The notes under the pieces are model-generated. The model made no database searches. It was not told the origin of the DNA and saw nothing but the letters and a program-made list of their open reading frames with translations. Positions 36,944 to 49,136 of a stretch of 64,000 nucleotides of DNA are shown piece by piece. The DNA is from Octopus bimaculoides (taxonomy: Eukaryota), in contig NC_068982.1 of assembly GCF_001194135.2 (NCBI RefSeq), positions 185,173,798 to 185,237,797 on the forward strand, given 5' to 3'. The position numbers and the translations under genes were made by a program. Each line of letters starts with the position of its first letter. Position 1 is the stretch's first letter.

Positions 36944-38142
36944 GATATGGCAGAAGTAATGCCCTTTTTGCATTTAATAACATTTATAGTATATAAATGT
37001 TTAAGTAATTTTTTATTGAACACAAATTTATTGCATTACTTAAAGAAATGAATAATAAACTAATTAAAAAATTGCAGAAGTTTTAGGAAATAAAAAAGTA
37101 ACTCAATTAGAAACTAGAAACTCAAATACAAAAGGGTGTTACTTCTGCTGCACCCTCTGTGTGTGTATGTGTATATATATATATATATATCTATATATAT
37201 ATATATATAATGTGACTGGATATATATTCATTCACAAATATATTATCAAATAAAGAGTGCATGGGAAAAGACATTGGACAAACATGTAGCTCTATGGAAA
37301 AGAAAACATTCCAGTGTTTGCCTGATAATGCTTCATACTTCACACGATTTATAGACAGACATGTGTTATATATATATATATATATATATATATANNNNNN
37401 NNNNNNNNNNNNNNNNNNNNNNNNNNNNNNNNNNNNNNNNNNNNNNNNNNNNNNNNNNNNNNNNNNNNNNNNNNNNNNNNNNNNNNNNNNNNNNNNNNNN
37501 NNNNNNNNNNNNNNNNNNNNNNNNNNNNNNNNNNNNNNNNNNNNNNNNNNNNNNNNNNNNNNNNNNNNNNNNNNNNNNNNNNNNNNNNNNNNNNNNNNNN
37601 NNNNNNNNNNNNNNNNNNNNNNNNNNNNNNNNNNNGTATGTATAATGATCTGTATTATGTGTAAAAAATAATAAAATATATACATATTCATGTGTGTGTG
37701 TGTGTCTGTGTCCCACAACTTGAAGTAGAGTTCAAAACAAATAGACTAATAACTAAATAGTGGACAATAGCTCTCTCTCTCTCTCATACTAGTGCTTATC
37801 TACATCTGAAATAATGTCTCCCAAACTGAACACTAGTAGTGTAATTATAAAATATATACCTATGTCTAAATAGCAAGATGCTAGTGGTAGTAAGGAATGA
37901 TGTTAATAATAATACTACGGGATTGTTGGGGGGGGGGGGAAGACATTGCTAGTTGGAGAAACGGCACCCTTAGTGATTGTAATGAAACAGAAAGAGCTGG
38001 GCAGCCAGTCTGAAGAGAAGGCATTGTGAGTCCTCGAGTGACACAACAAAGGGCGATATGTAAAAAAATATATAACAGCAGCACCAAGTCGTAAACGTTC
38101 TGCTCATACAACTAAGCACTATCCTAAGTGCTAAGGTTCAGT

Positions 38143-38263
38143 CTAAAGACCTTCAATCATAATGGCTGAAGCACCACCACCACCATTACAGATTCCAGCA
38201 ACTCCAAGTTCTCCAGGCTTCAGGTTCAATGCCATCCTTCCTGTGATTCGGGTTCCAGACATT
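38143..38263 (-). CDS. ACAT1: ACAT1 last coding exon with the second catalytic Cys (ICNGGG)
   Basis: tttgcag acceptor. Encodes [42 protein letters not shown]. Confidence 0.96.
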
Positions 38264-38576
38264 CTGCAAAGACAAAAACATATAACATTTTTACAGCCAG
38301 AGTTGTGCATTATTCTGAATCTCAACAATAGAATTAGTAACGGTGTGCACGTGTGCGTGCATGCACACACACACAAAGAATACGGCTTGACATGTAAATA
38401 TACCTATGTATGCATATATACATATTTCATACACAGCACATCACTCTCTCTCTCTCTCATATATCTTCATCATCTCAATTTACGCTTAATATATTCTTTC
38501 ACCTCTGCCACTATCCGGCATATATAAGTGCTTACACTTATCAAGTATTACCTCTAAAATTTACAGTACCTACCTA

Positions 38577-38894
38577 TATATATAAATATATAGTTTTAGA
38601 GAAAAGAACCAAAGTTCATGAATTCATTCATGAAAATCCAGTCACATATAGAAAAATTAAGTAAATGCACGATAAATAAGTATAATATAATACAAAGTAA
38701 AAATCATAAGATAATGAAGATAATTATTATTATTATTATTATTATTATTATCATATTTCTTATGATTTTACTTTGTATTATATTATACTTATTTATCGTG
38801 CATTTACTTATTAATTTTTCTATACGTGACTGGATTTTCATGAATGAGTTCATGAACTTTGGTTCTTTTCTCTAAAACTATATATTTATATATT
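38577..38894. repeat. Long palindrome with arms of about 140 bp around (ATT)n
   Basis: TAGTTTTAGAGAAAAGAACCAAAGTTCATGAA... is mirrored by ...TTCATGAACTTTGGTTCTTTTCTCTAAAACTA, with a few substitutions and indels. Confidence 0.9.
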
Positions 38895-39374
38895 TTATAC
38901 TGTGAAACTTAATTTAATTTTAATTTTTGATAAATTGCATTTAATTGAGTTTTTACCTGTAAATTTGGATTTTTATCCCTGATATTATTATATATATATC
39001 ATTGTTTAACGCCCGCTTTCCATGCTAGCAGACGTTAAACGATGATATATATATAATAATATTAGGGATAAAAATCCAAATTTATATATATATATATATA
39101 TACACACACACATATATATATATAGGTAATATACAAGGAGTTTTTGTTAACTGATGTAATGTAATAGCTATGTACTATGAGTGCTCAGTTTGGTTTACCA
39201 CCAAAACACATGTAGTGTTTGTGATGTTGAGACTGCCTATCAAAGGTGGCTAGAAATGGCTTCTCCTTGAGCGGGTGGATACAGATTAAAATAAAAAATG
39301 CAAAAGCAAAATATTTGGCATCACTCAAAATAAAATTTAATTTAGACAGAGAATATAAGCATATAGAGTCTCTT

Positions 39375-40615
39375 ACAGCTGTTTCTAGAACAGCCAAATG
39401 CTTAGTGGTATTTCACCTGTTGCTATGTTCTGTGTTCAAATTCTGCCAAGGTTGACTTTGCCTTTCATCCTTTTGGGGTCAATAAATTAAGTACCAATGA
39501 AATACTGGGGTCAAGGTAATCGACATATCCCTTCCCCCAAAATGGCTGCCCTTGTGGCAAAATTTGAAACCATTATTATTATATTATTATTATTATTATT
39601 ATTATTGCATTTCATCTGACCTTATGTTCTGAGTTCAAATTCTGCCAAGGTTGACTTTACTTTTCATCCTTTCAGGGTTGATGAAATAAGTACCAGTTGA
39701 GTACTGGGGTCGATGTAATCGATTATCCCCCTCCCCCAAATTTCAGGCCCTGTGCCTATAGTAGAAAAGATTATTATTATTATAGGCAGTGAGTTTGTAG
39801 GATTGTTAGTGTGTTGGACAGAATGCTTAGCAGCATTTCTTGTAGTTCTTTGTTCTGAGTTCAAATGCCATTGAGGTCAACTTTGTGTTTCATCCTTTTG
39901 GGGTTGATAAAATAAGTACCAGTTGAACACTGGGGTCAATGTAGTCAACTTACCCTTCAAAACTACTGGTCTTCTTCTAAAATTAAAATTAAATTATTAT
40001 TATTATTATTTAAGGTGGGGAGCTGGCAGAATCGTTAGCACACTGGACGAGATGTTTAGCAGTATTTCACCTGTCGCTATGTTCTGAGTTCAAATTCTGC
40101 CAAGGTCAACTTTGCCTTTCATCCTTTCAGGGTTGATAAATTAAGTACCATTGATACACTGGGGTTGATGTATTCAACTCATCCCCTCCCTCAGAGTGGC
40201 TGCCCTTGCAGCAAAATTTGAAACCATCATCATTATTATTATTAGGGTATTTGATTGATAGAATTGTTAGATTGCCAAATAAAAATGTCTTGCAGTATTT
40301 TTCCAAGATCAATGTAATTAATTAAACTTCTCCCCTCAAAATTGCTACTCTTGTGCCTAAATCAGAAACAATTATTATTATTATTATTATTAGGGTGGAA
40401 ATTTGACAGAATCATTAGAGCACAGGTCAATGTGCTTAATAGTATTTGTTGCAATTCTTTATGTTCTGAGTTCAAATCCTGCTGAGATCAACATTGTCTT
40501 TCATTTCGCTAGGGTTGATGATATAAATTACCAATCAAGTACTGGGTTCGATTTAATCAGTTAACACATTCCTTTAAAACCTGCTGGCCTTGTGCCAAAC
40601 CCAGAAACTGTTATT
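39375..40615 (+). mobile_element. Head-to-tail array of about 5 SINE family B copies separated by (ATT)n
   Basis: The core GTTCTGAGTTCAAATTCTGCCAAGGTTGACTTTGCC recurs at about 39425, 39625, 39850, 40080 and 40460. (ATT)n runs follow the copies. Confidence 0.85.
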
Positions 40616-41426
40616 ATAATAATGATTATTAAGTTCAAAGAAGGTAATGCTTAAAGCTGTTTCAAGCCCTGCCATCATGGTGAGACTGATATAGTTGAAA
40701 TTCTGTAGGTTGATGTCTGTAAGAACAACAGACAATAGGTGGTGGTGGTGATGGTGATGGGGCACCGAAAGAGCAGCAGAAGGAAAATTGGCCAAAATGT
40801 TTAAGTACCAAGTCTGGCTGTGACACACACTCTGATGCATTGCATCATGTTTCTATGTGTATCTTAATGAAGTCAGCCAAGAAGAAGGGACTGTGCTCGT
40901 GAGCTCCATGGGTCTCCAGGACTTGTGAGAGTGATGTGGTTGATGTTAAGCTTCAACTGAAAGCTGATGTCTGCAAGGAGAACATCAACATAAAAGCAGT
41001 CCAAGAGGTTGGATAAAATGGAAGCCATTGTAGTAGTAGTAGTAGTAGCAGCAGCAGTATGAAATGAGCTGGTGATCTAATACATCATCTACAGCAAATG
41101 CACTGCACATAGCGAGAATACATTATAAATATGTTTGATGAGACATCAAACATACTCTCTGTATAAAGGAAACCTAAATAAGCTTCATACATACAGAAGA
41201 ACTACAAAGACTATGGACAGTTTCCTTGATTCTTAGGTGAACTAATAAAATAAAGGACAGAAATGAAACTATGTCAAACAATGTTGACATATCAAGGAGA
41301 ACAAGGAGTTTATACATCAACAATAGCTTACACACTTAAGAGTATCTCTAAAGGAAACATATGAAGGTCAATTTGTGTGGTAAATAAATTGTGAGGGTGA
41401 AGAAGAAAGAAAAGTTTGTTTCTTAC

Positions 41427-41584
41427 CCGATTGGGTGGCCCAAACTAACAGCACCACCATGAATGTTCACTTTGGCAGGATCAAGACCCATCAATTTGTT
41501 GCAGGCCAATACAACCACACTGAATGCTTCATTTATTTCCCACATTGATATGTCAGATACATTCTTACCAAACTGGGCCAAAAG
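41427..41584 (-). CDS. ACAT1: ACAT1 exon (158 nt) with NEAF and GHP catalytic motifs
   Basis: ttttcag / GTAAG. Encodes [53 protein letters not shown]. Confidence 0.96.
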
Positions 41585-43413
41585 CTGAAAAACAAACAAT
41601 AAATTTGCAAAATTAAGCTTACTGGCCTACTGACCACATGATGATACTTTCAGATCTTACTATTGTCTTAACTATTCTCAAACTGTCTGAGATAATTTGC
41701 CATTGGTTAGATTATAATTTTTCATTCTGTTAAACTCATCTTTAAATATGAACAAGTTTTCATTATTTACACCTACATTCAACCAGTTTGATCTCTGATT
41801 ATCATCAAGGTGTGTCTCATTCTTCGATGTTGTGCATTATCCCAGACTTGATCTAGACTAGAAACTTTTGTTTCTAAATAATAGATAATAATGCCATTAC
41901 TGAGGTCAAATGGTCGTGTTGTGACTTGCTGAATAAAAATATTATTATTTATAATTTAGAAATGAAGGTTGTCATTTCAAATCAAGCCTGGTCCTACATA
42001 TATATTCAGAAATAAGACACCTCATGATCAGAAATCAAACTGATTCAAATTATAGCTATTGTATTGTCGCTGGGCAAGGTATTGATTGCTTCAACATTAC
42101 TCCATTGTTGAAAACAGATTCTGCTACTAATTCTTCAATGAGTGGGTAGCAGAAATATAAAGGAGACATCCATTGTGTGTGTGTGTGTGTGTGTGTGTGG
42201 TATCCATTTTCTGATCATTGCTCCACACAAAAATGGTGGAATGGCTTTTGTATATTTAGACACATGTATATTTTTTGACATCGGTTACGCTCAAATATAA
42301 AATTGTAGTGGATCCTGTTAGACTGAAATAAACAAAGTTATATATATTGCCTCATTATACCATACAATGGTTGAACTTTTATATATTTTGAACTGATCAT
42401 TATGTGGTCACTAGTTCAGTGGCTTCCAAATATGTAAAATACTAAAAAAAAGAAAATGTTTACAAGGGAGTGAATTAATAATGGGACGAGTCATTGGTTC
42501 AAGTTGGGAGTCAGTTAATGATAGAACCAGCCATAGGTTCAAGGATGAGGTCAGCAAAGTCAGGCGTTGAACTAAGTTTTAGCATAGCTGTGTGGTCAAG
42601 AAGTTTGCTTCTCAAGTACATGGTTTCAGATTCAGTTCCAATGTATGACATCTTGAGCAAGTGTCTTCTACTATAGTCCCAGGTTGACCAAAGGGATTTA
42701 GTAGACGGAGACCGAAAGAAGCTCATTGTATGCATGTGTGTGTGTGTGTGCAGGTGTCTCTTTGTCTTGACATCACATGATAATTGTAAACAAGCATCAC
42801 TGTCATATAACTGGTATCCATCATTTCTAATGTTCCATGAAAACAGGTCTAGCTCCAGGAGGCATAACCTTATTTGGAAACAGTGTGGGTTGGTGACAGG
42901 AAGGGCATCTGGTCATAGAAAAATCTGCTTCAACAAGTTCCATGAAGCTGTGTGGGCATGGAAAAGCTGACGTTAAAATGATGAAGATGATGACTTCCTC
43001 ATCACTTTATTATTATAACGTGGTCTGTCTGCAACAGGATGGGAATAGTCTTGTGGAAAAGGTGATCATGGCTGGTCTATGTACAAGGTTAGGGTTAGGG
43101 TTAGGGTTATGTCCTCATTGGTGACAGAAGAAAAAATTAACTGCTTAGCTTTCAGATTACTCTGTCAAATGTAATGCATATTCATGCAAATTGGTTTGAA
43201 TTAATTATGCATTATCTCATAACTTTAAGATTTCAATGATATGATTGCTTATTTTTTAGAATGACATTGTAGGATAGGTGTGAAAGGTCAGATCTGGCCA
43301 GTTTGAATATAAAACATGAGAAATATCTGGGTCTGACATAGGCAGTTTAAATGCTAAAGGGTTGATCTGAAGATAAAACCTCAGTTATGAAGTAAATGAG
43401 TGAAAAATGTTAC

Positions 43414-43478
43414 CTTCTCCATGGCTACAGCTGGGGCTGTCGGGAAATCAATTGGGTTCTTGGCAGCATCAGCAAAAC
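43414..43478 (-). CDS. ACAT1: ACAT1 exon (65 nt)
   Basis: cattcag / GTAAC. Encodes GFADAAKNPIDFPTAPAVAMEK. Confidence 0.93.
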
Positions 43479-43718
43479 CTGAATGTATAGGGATAAGTCA
43501 AGCCAATAAGATATTCCGTGTTGATTTCAATACACATCAGTCATACACAGTAACAAAAACAATAATAAAACAACAACCTTAGGAACATGGTTGAAACATT
43601 TGCTTTATAGTCATGTTGCCCAAGTTCAATACTACCCTACAAGTGACTTCTACCATAGCCCCAAGCTGACCAATGCCTTGTGAATGGTATTTGGTAGATA
43701 GGCGCTTTGCAGAAGTCC

Positions 43719-43776
<58 letters not shown>

Positions 43777-44335
43777 AGGGATGAGTATGACCACGTCTTG
43801 TGCATGATTTTTCTGTGTTCCTTTGTCGTCTTTCAGTTGATGTTTTACTCTTTTATATATTATATTATCATTATTTTTTCTTCTACTACCTTCTTGGTAG
43901 GTTTTCCCTGAAGGAACAGAGGCAAGAGAATAATGAGGACTCTTTCCTCTTATAAGGTACAAAGCTATTTCCCTAGTGCCAATACCACAATGGAATGCAT
44001 ACACTACCATTGTAAAATGGAAGGTGTGTTACATGCAAAGTGTTCTACAAGATCTCCAGATAAATTGTACTTTTTATGACACTCTTGATTTGACATATGG
44101 GACCAACCTCTTTTCCACAAATGCAACCTCAAACCCTAACATTATGAGCATCATACCTAACTGTCAAATTCATTCATTCTATACAAAAACGTGGAATGGT
44201 CATGATCAGAATAATTTTGGTCATAAGTTTGTTGGATCTGGGTTGACTTGAGGCTAAACAATAACCACAACAACAATAATGAGGAGATGTAATTATGTGT
44301 TGCACAGATGTATTAGTAAATGAAGAAAGTCTTAC

Positions 44336-44449
44336 CAACAATTCGAGCCAGTGGTTTCACCTTTAACCTGTCGGCTGCCTGTGCTGTCATGAGAACCATA
44401 GCAGCAGCACCATCATCTAATTTACTGGAGTTAGCTACAGTCACGGTAC
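44336..44449 (-). CDS. ACAT1: ACAT1 exon (114 nt)
   Basis: ctcctcag / GTAAG. Encodes [38 protein letters not shown]. Confidence 0.95.
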
Positions 44450-44825
44450 CTGAGGAGAAAAATAATGTTATAGAGAGTACCAATATGGCAATGGTCAGGG
44501 GTAGCAGTGTAGTGTTATATGCAGCAGAACTAAATCATTAGAAGAATTAGTTTAATATCCACAATACTAATTTAAGGTAACATACAGTACTAACATATTG
44601 TTATCTGTACTACTAACACAGTATCATCTGCAGTGTTAATACAGTGGCTCCCAGCAACTGTATCAATACAGTGGTTACCGGCAGTATTAATAGTCATAAG
44701 CACTCTTAATACAGTCATCTGTACAGTACTTACACAGTGTCATATGTTAATATACTGTCAACTGCAGTGCTAATACAATAGGCATTGCATTGCTTATACA
44801 ATGTTATTTACAGTGTTATCTACAG

Positions 44826-45115
44826 CAGTGCTTCTCAAACTATCTGATGTGGTGTACCGACAGTTTTTTTTTTCCAATGTGCCAGGGACTGGTAATATTT
44901 CTTGTTAATATTAATTTATACCGGAAACAATATAAATAATGAATATAATAAAAGCTGACAATTTTTTTGTCTTATATTTATTTTGTAAACAAATAATACA
45001 ATATTACATAAGCATTTTATAATGTTTCTTTCTTTCCTGGAAACTCACCTCGTACTGCCAGCTGATGGCTTGCAGACTGGTGCCGGTCTGTAGACCACCA
45101 CTTTGAGTAGCTCTG
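44826..45115. mobile_element. hAT-type MITE (Charlie/Buster-like)
   Basis: TIR CAGTGCTTCTCAAAC / CTTTGAGTAGCTCTG and 8-bp TSD ATCTACAG (44818-44825 / 45116-45123). A related decayed copy lies at about 20125-20383. Confidence 0.8.
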
Positions 45116-45352
45116 ATCTACAGTGCTATTCCACTGGGCGACCTTGTTACTTGTATGTCATCTGCAATGCTAATACAGTGTCATGTGCAGTGTTAATATA
45201 GTTGACATCAGTATTAATACAGAGTCATCTCTATTGTTAATACACTGGTCATGTAGAGTGTTAATAGTGCTACTGATATTGTTAAAATAGCATGATCAGT
45301 ATTGTTGATAAACGGTTATGTATAGTGTATATATGGTGTAAGTAAAGTTTAC

Positions 45353-45445
45353 CTTCTGCCTTTTGGAACACTGGTCTGAGACTGGGGACTTTGTCTAGTT
45401 TCATTTTATGCAACTCTTCATCTTTAGATATGGTTACTGTTTCTC
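45353..45445 (-). CDS. ACAT1: ACAT1 exon (93 nt)
   Basis: ttactag / GTAAAC, phase 1-1. Encodes GETVTISKDEELHKMKLDKVPSLRPVFQKAE. Confidence 0.92.
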
Positions 45446-46193
45446 CTAGTAAATAAAAGAAATTTATTATTAATGGTGAAATAAAAGATTTGGAAGCAAA
45501 GGTTTGGTGTTCCTAGAGGTGGTATAAATTGTGTGATGGTGGTGGTGGTCATGGTGTAGCACTGAATCTGGAAGAGGTGGAGGTTAAGAATAAGTCAATA
45601 ATATTGACTGTATTCCTGGAAAAAAAAAACACTGTTCAAGGCCTTGGAGTGTTCTTGGCTTTGAATTTTACTGGATAATTCCATGTCCTTTGGAGGTAAT
45701 ATGTAGAAGAGTATTTTGCAGTAGAAGGTTGCTGTTGAACAAAAATCTTAGAAGAGAACCTAGTTAGTGTCTCTGGAGGCAGGGAGGAAGTGTGAATCAA
45801 GTCAGAAGGCAGCAAACCACATCTTTCTACATGACTGAGACAACCACAGATATCATGAGCTTTATCCATCCTTTGGCTAAATTATGAAATGAATATTGTA
45901 CTAAGGACATGTGAGGATATGTTGTGCAGGATGCAGTGTGGTAGTCTGGGTATCTTGTGTTGTGCTGTTGTGTCATAGTACATGTATGGTAGTGTAATGT
46001 TGTAGATAGGACATGTTGTATGGCTAGTGTGATAGACAGGACGTGTTGCGAGGATATATGTGGAGATGTAGTGTGATAGACAGGACATGTTGTGAGAGGT
46101 GTAGCATGATAGTCTCTTTGGGCAGTGATGTAATCAATTAATTTGATGGGTGTGAAGGGTGAAGTAGCATAATAGAGAATAACTATGTCATAC

Positions 46194-46347
46194 CTTTTTT
46201 CTTTGGTATCTGAACAGGTGTAATTTCAGCTGCCAAGATACCCTCATCACAAGCCTTCTGACTACGTTTGTAACTCATAACAGCATGTTCATCTTGTTCT
46301 GCACGTGAGATGTCATATTTTTTAGCAGTGTCCTCAGCACAGTTTCC
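46194..46347 (-). CDS. ACAT1: ACAT1 exon (154 nt)
   Basis: tttgtag / GTATGA. Encodes GNCAEDTAKKYDISRAEQDEHAVMSYKRSQKACDEGILAAEITPVQIPKKK. Confidence 0.95.
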
Positions 46348-47203
46348 CTACAAAGGAAGTCAACCATTGAAAATAACAAGTGACACAGACTGCTGAGCTT
46401 AAGACTGAGCTCATACAAACATACAACCATGCAAACACACAAATACATACACATACATATGTTCACATACAGGCATAAAGCCTCTCTCACGTACACACAC
46501 AATCACAGATATTACATACTCAGAAATGCACCAATGCACAACCACAGATAAAGTCACATACTTCTGCTGTTTAAATGGGAGAACCACCACTAATTGCTTT
46601 TGCAGCTGCTGTTGCCAGTCCATGTTTGTGTCAATATCCTTCTCACCCCAACTTGGTGATCTCCAGGAACCAAGTTCTGAATAACTCTTCTTGAATCTGG
46701 CAGTCGTCCTTTCTGTGATGTCTTCTTTCTTGGAAGTGGGACTTTTCTTGCAGGAGCTAACAGCTTACCCACACACACACAGATTGAAAACACACAAAAG
46801 CATACATAAAAATATACATAAACATACACTTACGCTCATATAGACATAAACATCCACACATGCACAAGCCTACATACATACACATACACGAACAGATTCA
46901 CAGAGTGATTCAAATCTGTTAGTAAACGAGAAGCATGTATGAATGGCAACTTTGTCTAATAATCCTGTCTACTACAGGCACAAGGCCTGAAATTTCGGAG
47001 GAGGGGGTAAGTTGATTACATTGACCCCAGTACTTGACTAGTAATTATTTCAATGACCCTGAAAGGATGAAAAGCAAAGCTGATGACAGCAGCATTTGAA
47101 CTCAGAATGGAAAGCAAATGAAATGTTGCTAAGCATTTTGTCTAGTGTGTTACTGGCTAATAAACATATTCACTATATGTGAATTATATACTGAGTAGAA
47201 TGA

Positions 47204-47530
47204 AGGTGCATGGCTTAGTGGTTAGAGCATCAGGCTAACCCCATGAAATAGTGAGTTTGATCCCCAGAGTGGGCTGTGTGTTATCTTCTTGAGCAAGACA
47301 CTTTATTTCATGTTGTTCCAGTTCATTCAGCTGTAGAAATGAGTTGTAACGTCACTGGTGCCAAGCTGTATCGGCCTTTGCCTTTCCCTTGGAGACTGGT
47401 ATGCAGGGTGACTGCTGGTCTTCTATAAACAACCTTGTCTGGAGGAGAACTTTCTAGGTGCAGTTCCATAGTCCAATCCATGCTAGCATGGAAAGCGGAC
47501 GTTAAACGACGATGATGATGATGATGATTC
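47204..47530 (+). mobile_element. CORE-like SINE ending in the shared CATGCTAGCATGGAAAGCGGACGTTAAACG(ATG)n tail
   Basis: tRNA-like head (GGTGCATGGCTTAGTGGTTAGAGC), TCTTGAGCAAGACACTT core, and the same 3' tail seen at 6590(-), 16600 and 22370. Confidence 0.7.
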
Positions 47531-48504
47531 ATGACCGAAGAGGGTCTTTACTCTTTTACAGTATAGCAGAATGATTAAGAAGTTTGCTTCACAGCCATGA
47601 AATTCTGAGCTTGAGCTTACTTGTGGCAAAGCAGCTAAACACAATGGGATAAAATTTGTAGTGAGTGCGCGTGATGGGTGCACTGTATTACTATGTGATC
47701 TTTACTCAGGTAAATAGTGTATATGTACTGTGTACAGGTCTTTCTAATGAGACCCAAACATGTTCCTAGTTGTCCCCTTGTCTCTAAATAAAGATCAGAT
47801 TTTCCTGTGAGCATGTAAATTAGTCCAGTAAAATTACTTCTTTATTTCTTGAAATTATTATTTCCCCTTCCCCTTGAGAATTGTGAACAGTAACTGCTAG
47901 GTTTTTGTTTACTTTCTCAAACAAAGAAGAACATTTTAATTAATGAAAAATGTCACCCAATAGAATCCCCCAGCATTTTGGGTACAATTTCAGCTGTATG
48001 AAGGCAGTATGATCATAATGAAAATTTCAGCTGTGTAAGGAGAAGGAATATAGTACAGTAATAAGTCTAGACTCTGGTCATCCTGTTCCTGCAAACTTAT
48101 AATTAAAGCCATTTCATCTGTAACTATGCCATCTTTTGAAGGGTATTTAGAACACAGCATTTTCTAATATGTTTCTACCTTTTGTTTCTATATTTCTGTT
48201 GCAATACACTGCTTTTATTTCAAATAAATTTGAAAATAATGAAGAATTTAGTAAATAGCTTTGTCATTATTAAGTTTGTGTTTGGAACATAAATTAACAT
48301 AAGATTTGAATGAGAGATTTTAATTTAGATCACCTTAAAATAGGAAGATTGTATCATGGAACCAAAAGCATTAACAAATGGGTCAATACCAAAAGAGTTA
48401 AGACCATGGTGTATAAGTTCATGGAAATTTAGCTGCTAATTCTAGCAGTTTGAGTGACTATATAGAAGCTCTCTAATTGTAAGACAGTTTCTTGAGATGT
48501 TTAA

Positions 48505-48724
48505 CCCTTTAGCATTCGGATTATTCTGTTAAATATAATACTTATTTATTCCCATTCTTTTGAATTAATCATTCATTATCTTGGAACTTTGAGATTTCAA
48601 TGAAGCGATTGTTTACTTCTAGTATGACATTGTATGATAGCTGTTAGAAACCGGATTTGGCCAATTTGAACATAAAACATGTAGAATATTTTGGCCGGAT
48701 AAGGCCAGTTCAAATGCTAAAGGG
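48505..48724. mobile_element. piggyBac-type MITE
   Basis: TTAA|CCCTTTAGCATT ... AATGCTAAAGGG|TTAA. A second diverged copy lies at about 43139-43362. Confidence 0.8.
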
Positions 48725-49085
48725 TTAAGCTTCTGCTTTGGGGTTATTGAATGTGACTGAGGTGATTTTGCTACATTGCAATGTTTTCTATGAGTTTCTC
48801 TTGCACTTAGAGGATCTATATTTTTGGTGGAAGCTGGAAAGGTTGAGCGTGAACAAGGTCTCTGTGAAAAATGTAAGAGGAATTTATATTCAGACAGAGA
48901 CAGAGCTTAATATTAACCTATGCAGTGAACTGGCAGAAAATGTTAGCCTGCAAAGTAAAATGCTTAGCAGGGTTGATAAAAAGAGTACCAGTTGAGCACT
49001 GGGACCAATGTAATCAACTTAAACCCTCCTCTGAACTTGCTGGTCTTGTACCAAAATTTGAAATCAATATTAAGCTGTGACTTAC

Positions 49086-49136
49086 CATATGGATGTGATC
49101 ATAGGCATCAGTTAATCCATCAAAAACAATTCCATC
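49086..49136 (-). CDS. ACAT1: ACAT1 exon (51 nt)
   Basis: ttttctag / GTAAG. Encodes DGIVFDGLTDAYDHIHM (DGL motif and the T2-type Tyr). Confidence 0.92.

Noticed and set aside
40574-41350. Poly-His ORF on the minus strand and coding-looking sequence in the last ACAT1 intron
   Set aside because: The His run is a (GGT/GAT)n microsatellite. The plus strand shows stop-ridden NINIKAVQEV-like remnants more consistent with a decayed LINE endonuclease.
43088-43108. Short (TTAGGG)3 tract
   Set aside because: It is too short and has no flanking structure; such tracts are common in this type of genome.
46590-46829. ORFs next to the 46347 ACAT1 acceptor as a possible extra exon
   Set aside because: There is no thiolase similarity in any frame, and the reading frame is already complete without it.
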